Shown here piece after piece: positions 25,208 to 32,000 of a stretch of 32,000 nucleotides of DNA. Position 1 is the first letter of the stretch, and the number at the start of each line of letters is the position of its first letter. This DNA is from Allgaiera indica (lineage in GTDB: Bacteria; Pseudomonadota; Alphaproteobacteria; Rhodobacterales; Rhodobacteraceae): contig NZ_FNOB01000025.1 of NCBI RefSeq assembly GCF_900106675.1, positions 14,645 through 46,644 of the forward strand, given 5' to 3'. Under the pieces are notes generated by a model that had not been told where the DNA came from, ran no database searches, and was given only the letters and a program-made list of their open reading frames with translations. A program made the position numbers and the translations under genes.

Positions 25208-26278
25208 ATGATGGAGAGTATCGTGGACAGCATGCTGGCCCAGGAAACGCCCGCGCCCGCTGGCAACCCGATCGAAAGCGCCGAAGAGCTTTCGTCGATC
25301 GCCTTTGGTTTCATGGCGTCCAAGGCGCTGTTCGCGGGGCTTCACGTCGATCTGTTCACCTTGCTTGCGGACGGCCCCAAAACGGCCGAGGAACTGGCCA
25401 AGGCCGCGGGGATCCCGCTGAACCGGATCGTCACGTTGACGACCGCGCTTGCCAGTGTCGGGGTGGTGTCGATCAGCGACAGGAAACTGATCCAGAATTC
25501 GTCGGCGGCGCAGAACTTTCTGGCGAAGCAGTCCAAATACGATTTCGGCGACTATCTGCGCTATCAGATCGACCAGCAGATGTATCCGTTCCTGCTGCAG
25601 CTCAACGCGGTGATGAAGGGCGATCTGTCCGATGATGCGATCGCCTCCTATCAGCACTGGATGGCGGATGAGGAACAGGCCTCGGTCTATTCCGAAAGCC
25701 AGCATGCGGGCTCGCTGGGGCCGGGGCGGACGCTGGCGCGGAAGGTGGATCTGGCGAAGGCCTCGACACTGCTGGACGTGGGCGGCGGAACCGGCGCGAT
25801 GACGATCAGCCTGTGCAACGAATACCCGGACCTGCATGCGACGATCATCGATTTCCCCAATGTCGCGGAAATCGGCTGGCGCTTTGTGTCCGAGGCCGGG
25901 CTGGTCGATCGCGTGCGCTACATTCCCGGCAATGCGGTCCAGGCGCAATGGCCGGGGCGCCAGGATGCGATCCTGATGTCCTACCTGATGAGCGGCGTCC
26001 CGGGCGAAGCCGTCGCCGACCTGTTGCGCAAGGCATTCGACGCGCTTGCCCCCGGCGGCAAGCTGATGGTCCACGATTTCATGGTCGAAGAAGACCGGCG
26101 CGGCCCCGCGCTTGCGGCGCTTTGGCAATTGCAGCACATGGCGTTCACGCCGGATGCCCACTCTCTTTCCGTCGGCTGGCTGACCGAAGCCGGCAGGAAG
26201 ATCGGCTTCGCGGTCGATGACGTCGACAATCTGATCCCCGCGATGACCAAGCTTGTGGTCTTCGCCAAACCATCCTGA
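25208..26278 (+). CDS. Class I SAM-dependent methyltransferase of the O-methyltransferase/BchU/acetylserotonin-type family
   Basis: N-terminal dimerisation/winged-helix 'FGFMASKALFAGLHVDLFTLLADGPKTAEELAKAAGI', then 'STLLDVGGGTGAMTISLCNEYPDLHATIIDFPNV' and 'GGKLMVHDFMVEED'. Confidence 0.85.
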   Translation: MMESIVDSMLAQETPAPAGNPIESAEELSSIAFGFMASKALFAGLHVDLFTLLADGPKTAEELAKAAGIPLNRIVTLTTALASVGVVSISDRKLIQNSSAAQNFLAKQSKYDFGDYLRYQIDQQMYPFLLQLNAVMKGDLSDDAIASYQHWMADEEQASVYSESQHAGSLGPGRTLARKVDLAKASTLLDVGGGTGAMTISLCNEYPDLHATIIDFPNVAEIGWRFVSEAGLVDRVRYIPGNAVQAQWPGRQDAILMSYLMSGVPGEAVADLLRKAFDALAPGGKLMVHDFMVEEDRRGPALAALWQLQHMAFTPDAHSLSVGWLTEAGRKIGFAVDDVDNLIPAMTKLVVFAKPS

Positions 26279-26290
26279 ACGGTGGCCGCC

Positions 26291-26743
26291 ATGCCGACTT
26301 TCCGATTGCACGAGGAACCGCTTCAAGAGGCCTGGCTCGATGCCTACGGGCATTTGAACGAAGCCTATTATCTGGTGCCGTTCAGCAATGCGACCTGGAA
26401 GCTGCAGGACAAGTTCGGCATCGGCACGGCCTATTTCGACCGGACCGGCTGTGCGCTCTACACGCTTGAGACGCATTTGCGCTATGTCGCGGAGGTGCGC
26501 CCGCCCGCGATGCTGTCGATCGAGACCACGATCCTGGGGGTCGACGCCAAGCGGCTGCATATCGGGCATGTCATGTGGTCGGGCGGGCGCGAACGTGCGA
26601 CGTTCGAATGTATGCTGCTGCATTACGACACGCGAAACGGGCAGGCGGCGCCATTCGGCGAAATGACCGGCCGGGAACTGAATGCCGCGGTGCTGGCGCC
26701 GGCACCGGAATGGGCCGGTCGCGCGGTGCGCCGGTTGCGATAG
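26291..26743 (+). CDS. Hotdog-fold acyl-CoA thioesterase-like protein (4-hydroxybenzoyl-CoA/betainyl-CoA thioesterase type)
   Basis: 'WLDAYGHLNEAYYLVPFSNATWKLQDKFG' and 'YTLETHLRYVAEVRPPAMLSIETTILGVDAKRLHIGHVMW'. A GTG at 26282 is an alternative start. Confidence 0.75.
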   Translation: MPTFRLHEEPLQEAWLDAYGHLNEAYYLVPFSNATWKLQDKFGIGTAYFDRTGCALYTLETHLRYVAEVRPPAMLSIETTILGVDAKRLHIGHVMWSGGRERATFECMLLHYDTRNGQAAPFGEMTGRELNAAVLAPAPEWAGRAVRRLR

Positions 26744-26826
26744 GCGGGCGGCGACGATTTGCAGCGCCTCAACCGAACGCGCGGCGGTTTCCCCAGGGGA
26801 CGTCGCGCCGCCGCCGGGTTCCCTCG

Positions 26827-27603
26827 CTATCGCAGCACCCGTCGCAGCCCTGACTGGACCCGCAGCAATTCGGGCAGGTAAGTGGTGATCAGGCTGTCCG
26901 CGGGCTCTGCCGTGACCGCCATCCCGCTGTTGAGCGCCGCGACCACCCGGCCATGCAGGTCATAAAGCGGCACGGCAAGCGCGCGCAGTCCGGTCTCGAC
27001 CTCCTGGTCGATCAGGGCATAGCCGGACGACCGGACCTCGGCCAGCCGGGCGAGGATCTCGTCGGGTTCGGTCACGCTGTGGGGCGTGCGCGGCGTAAGG
27101 TCCGAAGCCTCGATCCGCGCGCGCGCCTGCGGCTCGGGCAGCGCCGCCAGCAGCACCCGCCCCATCGAGGTGCAATGCGCCGGCAGCCGCGACCCCGGCA
27201 TCAGCCCGATCGACATCACCCGCCGCTGCGCCGCCCGCGCGACATAGACGATCTCGGTCTGATCCAGGATCGACACCGAACAGCTTTGCCCGATCCGTTC
27301 GGTCAGCTGGTCAAGCCATGGCTGCACGATCTGCGACAGCGGCAGCGCCGCCAGCGCACCGACCCCCAGTCGCAGCGTCCGTGGTGTCAGGGTGAAGAAC
27401 TTGCCGTCGTAATCGGCATACCCTTCGTGGTGCAGGGTCAGCAGGCAGCGCCGCGCCGTGGCGCGGTCCAGCCCGGTCGCCGCCGCGACCTCGGCGATCG
27501 ACCGGCGCGGGGTCTCGGTGCCGAAGGCTTCCAGAACCCTCAGCCCCTTGGCGAAGGAGCCGACGATACCAGCGGGGCGGGATGCGGCAGAGTTGTTCGT
27601 CAT
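26827..27603 (-). CDS. pcaR: IclR family transcriptional regulator, PcaR/PcaU-like
   Basis: 'FAKGLRVLEAFGTETPRRSIAEVAAATGLDRATARRCLLTLHHEGYADYDGKFFTLTPRTLRLG'. Divergent from pcaIJF. Confidence 0.85.
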   Translation of the reverse strand: MTNNSAASRPAGIVGSFAKGLRVLEAFGTETPRRSIAEVAAATGLDRATARRCLLTLHHEGYADYDGKFFTLTPRTLRLGVGALAALPLSQIVQPWLDQLTERIGQSCSVSILDQTEIVYVARAAQRRVMSIGLMPGSRLPAHCTSMGRVLLAALPEPQARARIEASDLTPRTPHSVTEPDEILARLAEVRSSGYALIDQEVETGLRALAVPLYDLHGRVVAALNSGMAVTAEPADSLITTYLPELLRVQSGLRRVLR

Positions 27604-27703
27604 GCGCACAGAAAGTTGCGAATGCGAACAAATGTCAAGCTCCGCACGACGGGCGTGGAAAGCCGCCCGCGCCCGGCCTAATCCGAAGGCGGGAGGATCA
27701 TTC

Positions 27704-28426
27704 ATGGACAAGACACTTCCTTCGCCGGCCGATGCCGTCGCCGGGATCGCGGACGGCGCCACGGTGATGGTCGGCGGGTTCGGGGGATCGGGTGCGCCTA
27801 TCGAACTGATACACGCCTTGATCGACCGGTTCCTGGCGACCGGCAGCCCCGGGAACCTGACGGTGATCAACAACAATGCCGGCAACGGCCAGGTCGGCAT
27901 CGCCGCGCTGATCGCGCAGGGCATGGTCGGCAAGATCATCTGCTCGTATCCGCGCTCGACCAATTCGCGCGCGTTCATCGAGAAATACCAGGCCGGCGAG
28001 ATCGCGCTGGAACTGGTGCCGCAGGGCACGCTGGCCGAACGCATCCGGGCGGCCGGCGCGGGCATTCCGGCCTTCTTCACCCCCACCGCCTACGGCACCG
28101 AACTGGCCGAGGGCAAGCAGATCCAGGAATTCGAGGGCCGTCCCTATGTGATGGAGCGCTGGCTGAAGGCCGATGTCGCGCTGATCAAGGCGGAACTGGG
28201 CGACCGGATGGGCAACCTCACCTACCGCATGACGGCGCGCAACTTCGCACCGATCATGGCGATGGCGGCGGCGCACACCATCGCCCAGGTCAGCCGTCTC
28301 GTCGCGCCGGGCGAGATCGACCCCGAAGCCGTCATCACCCCCGGCATCTTCGTCGACGCGCTGGTCGAGGTGGCCGAACCGGCGCAGGAAGAGGCCCTCA
28401 ACCGGGCAGAGGTGCATTACCCATGA
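27704..28426 (+). CDS. pcaI: 3-oxoacid (3-oxoadipate) CoA-transferase subunit A
   Basis: 'VGGFGGSGAPIELIHALIDRF', 'LTVINNNAGNGQVGIAALI' and 'QGTLAERIRAAGAGIPAFFTPTAYGTELAEGK'. ATGA overlap with pcaJ. Confidence 0.92.
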   Translation: MDKTLPSPADAVAGIADGATVMVGGFGGSGAPIELIHALIDRFLATGSPGNLTVINNNAGNGQVGIAALIAQGMVGKIICSYPRSTNSRAFIEKYQAGEIALELVPQGTLAERIRAAGAGIPAFFTPTAYGTELAEGKQIQEFEGRPYVMERWLKADVALIKAELGDRMGNLTYRMTARNFAPIMAMAAAHTIAQVSRLVAPGEIDPEAVITPGIFVDALVEVAEPAQEEALNRAEVHYP

Positions 28427-29106
28427 CCCAGGAGCCGACCGAAAAACTTTCCAACGTACAGATCGCCTGGCGCGCGGCGCAGGACATTGCCGACGGCGCC
28501 TATGTGAACCTCGGGATCGGGTTTCCCGAAATGGTGGCCCGGTTTCAGCCCGAAGGACGTGCCGCGGTGTTCCATTCCGAGAACGGCATCCTGGGCTTCG
28601 GCAAGGCCCCGTCAGAGGGACAGGAAGACTGGGATCTGATCAACGCGGGCAAAAAGGCGGTCACGCTGAACCCGGGGGCCGCGTTCTTCCACCACGCCGA
28701 CAGCTTCGCGATGGTGCGGGGCGGGCATCTGGATGTGGCGATCCTGGGCGCGTATGAGGTCGCGCAGACCGGCGATCTGGCGAACTGGTCCACGGGGCCT
28801 ACTGGCGTGCCCGCGGTGGGTGGCGCGATGGATCTGGTTCACGGCGCCAAGCGTGTGGCGGTGATCACCGAACATGTCACCAAGAAGGGCCAGCCGAAGC
28901 TGGTCGAGCGCTGTTCTTTGCCCCTCACCGGGGTGGGCTGCGTCACCCGGGTTTACACCAGCCTTGCCGTCGTCGATATCGAAGAAGGTCGTTTCGTGCT
29001 GCGCGAGAAGCTGCCCGCGATTTCCTTCGATGACCTGCAATCCCTCACCGGGGCCACGCTGCATTGCCCGGGCCCGGTGGCCGACCTGATCGTACCGGAG
29101 TTGTGA
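28423..29106 (+). CDS. pcaJ: 3-oxoacid (3-oxoadipate) CoA-transferase subunit B
   Basis: 'GAYVNLGIGFPEMVARFQPEGRAAVFHSENGILGFG' and 'GHLDVAILGAYEVAQTGDLANW'. Confidence 0.93.
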   Translation: MTQEPTEKLSNVQIAWRAAQDIADGAYVNLGIGFPEMVARFQPEGRAAVFHSENGILGFGKAPSEGQEDWDLINAGKKAVTLNPGAAFFHHADSFAMVRGGHLDVAILGAYEVAQTGDLANWSTGPTGVPAVGGAMDLVHGAKRVAVITEHVTKKGQPKLVERCSLPLTGVGCVTRVYTSLAVVDIEEGRFVLREKLPAISFDDLQSLTGATLHCPGPVADLIVPEL

Positions 29107-29107
29107 C

Positions 29108-30313
29108 ATGACCGAAGCCTATATCTGCGACTATATCCGCACCCCCATCGGACGCTTCGGCGGCGCGCTGTCCTCGGTGCGCGCCGACGATCTGGCCGCG
29201 ATCCCCCTGAAGGCGCTGATGGCGCGCAACGCCGGCGTTGACTGGGAGGCGGTCGAGGACCTGATCCTTGGCTGCGCCAACCAGGCGGGCGAGGACAACC
29301 GCAACGTCGCGCGCATGGCGGCGCTGCTGGCCGGGCTGCCGGTGGCCGTGCCGGGCAGCACGGTGAACCGGCTTTGCGGCTCTGGCATGGACGCGCTGAC
29401 CATCGCCGCGCGCGCGATCAAGGCGGGCGAGGCGCAGTTGATGGTGGTCGGCGGCGTGGAAAGCATGAGCCGCGCGCCCTTCGTGATGCCGAAGGCGGAA
29501 ACCGCGTTCTCGCGCGCCAACGCGGTCTATGACACGACGATCGGCTGGCGTTTCGTCAACAAGCTGATGAAGGCGCAATACGGCGTCGATTCGATGCCCG
29601 AGACGGCCGAGAACGTGGCCGAGGAATTCGGCGTCAGCCGCGCCGATCAGGATGCCTTCGCGATCCGCAGCCAGCAAAAGGCCGGCCGCGCGATGGAAGA
29701 CGGGCGTCTGGCGCAGGAAATCACCCCGGTCAGCATCGCGCAGCGCAAGGGTGATCCTCTGGTGGTGGACACCGACGAACACCCCCGCCCCGGCACCACG
29801 ATCGAGGCGCTGGCGAAGCTGAAGCCGATCGTGAAACCCGACGGCTCGATCACGGCGGGCAACGCCAGCGGCGTCAATGACGGGGCGGCGGCGCTGATCG
29901 TGGCCACCGAAGCCGCCGCGCGCGCCCATGGCCTGACCCCGATCGCCCGGGTACTGGGCGGGGCAACGGCGGGCGTGCCGCCGCGGATCATGGGGATCGG
30001 GCCGGCGCCGGCGTCGAAGAAGCTGATGGCGCGGCTGGCGCTGACGCCTGCCGATTTCGACGTGATCGAACTGAACGAGGCCTTTGCCAGCCAGGGCCTT
30101 GCCACGCTGCGCGACCTGGGCGTGGCCGATGACGACCCGCGCGTGAACCCCAATGGCGGGGCCATCGCGCTGGGCCATCCACTGGGCATGTCGGGTGCGC
30201 GCATCGCCGGGACGGCGGCGCTGGAACTGGTCAAGACCGGCGGCAAGCGCGCGCTGGCCACCATGTGCATCGGCGTGGGCCAGGGCATCGCCGTGGCGCT
30301 GGAACGCGTCTGA
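29108..30313 (+). CDS. pcaF: 3-oxoadipyl-CoA thiolase
   Basis: 'YICDYIRTPIGRFGGALSSVRADDLAAIPLKALM', 'NRLCGSGMDALTIAARAIKAGEAQLMVVGGVESMSRAPFVM', 'GGAIALGHPLGMSGARI' and 'MCIGVGQGIA'. Confidence 0.95.
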   Translation: MTEAYICDYIRTPIGRFGGALSSVRADDLAAIPLKALMARNAGVDWEAVEDLILGCANQAGEDNRNVARMAALLAGLPVAVPGSTVNRLCGSGMDALTIAARAIKAGEAQLMVVGGVESMSRAPFVMPKAETAFSRANAVYDTTIGWRFVNKLMKAQYGVDSMPETAENVAEEFGVSRADQDAFAIRSQQKAGRAMEDGRLAQEITPVSIAQRKGDPLVVDTDEHPRPGTTIEALAKLKPIVKPDGSITAGNASGVNDGAAALIVATEAAARAHGLTPIARVLGGATAGVPPRIMGIGPAPASKKLMARLALTPADFDVIELNEAFASQGLATLRDLGVADDDPRVNPNGGAIALGHPLGMSGARIAGTAALELVKTGGKRALATMCIGVGQGIAVALERV

Positions 30314-30360
30314 ACCGCCGGGGGCGCGGTGGCGGCGGGCCGCTTTCCCGCCCCCCTTCG

Positions 30361-31086
30361 TCAGATCGTCCAGCCGCCGTCGATGCAGACGGCCTGGCCC
30401 GTCGTATAGGTCGCGCGGGCCAGATAGACGGCGAGATCGGCGATTTCCTCGGCCTCGGCGATCCGGCCCATCGGCTGGCGCGCGACGAAGGCCGCGCGCG
30501 CGGCATCGTAATCGCCGGTGGCCGAGAGCCGCTCATCGAGCGAGGGCGATTGCACCGTGCCCGGGCAGATCGCGTTGCAACGGATGCCCCGCGCCACATA
30601 ATCGGCGGCCACCGATTTCGTCAGCCCCAGCACGGCGGCCTTGGTCGTGGAATAGACAAAGCGGTTTGGCACCCCCTTCACCGACGAGGCGACCGAGGAC
30701 ATGTTGAGGATGCATCCCGATCCGCGTTCCAGCATTCCCGGCAGGATCCCCCGGATCATCCGCACCATCGCCGTGACGTTCAGATCATAGGCGAAATCCA
30801 TCTCGTCATCGGTGGCCTCCAGGATCGTGCCGGCATGCACGAAGCCCGCGCAGTTGAACAGCACATCCACCGGGCCAAGCCCCGCGCAGAACTCGGCCAC
30901 CGCCACCCTGTCCAGCACATCGAGCCGCGCGGTCTCGCACTCCAGGCCGGCAAGGCCGTCGGCATTGATATCCGTCGCGACCAGCCGGGCGCCGGCGCGG
31001 ATGAAGGCCTCGGCGCTCGCCCGTCCGATGCCCTGCGCGGCCGCCGTGATCACCACCACCTGGCCGGTCAGATCCATTCCCTGCAT
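30361..31086 (-). CDS. SDR family oxidoreductase, 2-keto-3-deoxy-L-fuconate dehydrogenase-like
   Basis: 'VVVITAAAQGIGRASAEAFIRAGARLVATDIN', 'FNCAGFVHAGTIL', 'YSTTKAAVLGLTKSVAADYVARGIRCNAICPGTVQSPSL'. Adjacent to a UxaA-family gene. Confidence 0.85.
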   Translation of the reverse strand: MQGMDLTGQVVVITAAAQGIGRASAEAFIRAGARLVATDINADGLAGLECETARLDVLDRVAVAEFCAGLGPVDVLFNCAGFVHAGTILEATDDEMDFAYDLNVTAMVRMIRGILPGMLERGSGCILNMSSVASSVKGVPNRFVYSTTKAAVLGLTKSVAADYVARGIRCNAICPGTVQSPSLDERLSATGDYDAARAAFVARQPMGRIAEAEEIADLAVYLARATYTTGQAVCIDGGWTI

Positions 31087-31111
31087 CGCTTGCCTCCCCT
31101 TTCTGTCAGTC

Positions 31112-32000
31112 CTACATCACCGCGCCGATCTGCCAAGGCACGAATTCCACCGCGCCGAAGCTCTGCGCCTCGCTCTTGGTTTCCTCGCCCGAGGCCACGC
31201 GCAGCATCAGATCGAAGATCTCCTGCCCCTTGTCGGCCAGGCTCGCACCTTCCAGCACGGCGCCGCAATTCACATCCATGTCGGGCTCCATCCGGCGCCA
31301 GAGGTCTGGGTTCGAGGCGATCTTCAGGCAGGGCACCGGCCGGTAGCCCGACACGCTGCCGCGCCCGGTGGTGAAGGCAATGAGGTTCGCCCCCGAAGCG
31401 ATCTGTCCGGTGACCGAGGCCGGATCGTAGCCCGGGCTGTCCATGAACACGAAACCGGGTCGGTCGATCGGCTCGCCATATTTATAGACACCCGACAGCG
31501 GCGCCGCGCCGCCCTTGGCCACCGCGCCCAGGCTCTTTTCCAGGATCGTGGTCAGCCCGCCGCGCTTGTTGCCGGGGCCGGGGTTGTTGTCCATCTGGCC
31601 GAAGTTGCGGGCGGTGTAATCCTGCCACCATTCGATCAGATCGACGACCTTCTGCCCGGTGCCGGCGTCCACCGCGCGGCGGGTCAGCAGATGCTCGGCG
31701 CCGTAAATCTCGGGCGTCTCGGACAGGATCGAGATGCCGCCATGGCGCACCAGCAGGTCCGAGGCCACGCCCAGCGAGGGGTTCGCGGTGATCCCCGAAT
31801 AGCCGTCCGAGCCGCCGCATTGCATCCCCAGCACCAGCTTCGAGGCCGGCGCCTCGGCGCGCACCGCGCGGTCGGCCTCGGCCGCCATCTCGCGCAGCAG
31901 CGCCACGCCCTTGTCGACAGTGGCGCGGGTGCCGCCGGTCTGCTGGATCGTCATGTAGCGAAACCGCGCGCTATCCTTCAGCGCCTTGCGGTCGATCAGG
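31112..32000 (-). CDS. UxaA family altronate/galactarate-type dehydratase, continuing past the right edge
   Basis: 'LGMQCGGSDGYSGITANPSLGVASDLLVRHGG', 'FTTGRGSVSGYRPVPCLKIASN' and 'NPGPGNKRGGLTTILEKSLGAVAKGG'. The frame stays open to the window end. Confidence 0.88.
   Translation of the reverse strand, partial: LIDRKALKDSARFRYMTIQQTGGTRATVDKGVALLREMAAEADRAVRAEAPASKLVLGMQCGGSDGYSGITANPSLGVASDLLVRHGGISILSETPEIYGAEHLLTRRAVDAGTGQKVVDLIEWWQDYTARNFGQMDNNPGPGNKRGGLTTILEKSLGAVAKGGAAPLSGVYKYGEPIDRPGFVFMDSPGYDPASVTGQIASGANLIAFTTGRGSVSGYRPVPCLKIASNPDLWRRMEPDMDVNCGAVLEGASLADKGQEIFDLMLRVASGEETKSEAQSFGAVEFVPWQIGAVM

Noticed and set aside
24857-26623. 588-codon ORF on the minus strand
   Set aside because: Antisense to the methyltransferase and thioesterase genes, low-complexity composition typical of high-GC shadow ORFs.
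30334-30352. GGCGGG-CCGCTTT-CCCGCC between convergent pcaF and SDR genes as a bidirectional terminator
   Set aside because: Plausible placement but only a 6-bp stem in a GC-rich tract and no clean U-tract. Not reported as a feature.
1-32000. CRISPR arrays, tRNA/rRNA genes, transposases, phage or defence islands
   Set aside because: No regularly spaced direct repeats, RNA gene signatures, transposase-like ORFs or known defence domains were recognised. The only clear gene decay is the SRPBCC/ArsR pair.

Overview
This is a high-GC alphaproteobacterial window, probably Rhodobacteraceae-like judging by gene content. It reads as ordinary chromosome with dense operons. From left to right it contains: an mprF-like gene cut by the left edge; an IalB-family protein; a class III aminotransferase; an AmiC/AmiR (ANTAR antiterminator) sensor pair; a conditional-attenuator-like leader; an amide uptake and hydrolysis operon (nitrilase-family hydrolase, Liv-type ABC transporter with fused permease-ATPase, acetamidase/formamidase); an ArsR-like gene coupled to an SRPBCC gene carrying two disabling lesions; a translationally coupled tetR / SAM-methyltransferase / HgcA-HgcB-like fusion operon; a PlcP-like phosphoesterase with BtaA/BtaB betaine-lipid synthesis; a phosphonate-type ABC transporter (PhnC, D, E, E); a membrane protein of unknown function; a methyltransferase and hotdog thioesterase pair; an IclR-type regulator with pcaI/pcaJ/pcaF; and an SDR dehydrogenase with a UxaA-family dehydratase cut by the right edge. 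The two most interesting items are (1) the membrane corrinoid-ferredoxin fusion resembling HgcAB, co-operonic with a methyltransferase and a TetR regulator that has a 26-bp palindrome at its start, and (2) a leader RNA of twin hexaloop hairpins, an antiterminator and a terminator between amiR and the amidase operon. No CRISPR array, tRNA, rRNA or insertion sequence was recognised. All family assignments come from reading motifs by eye, with no database search.
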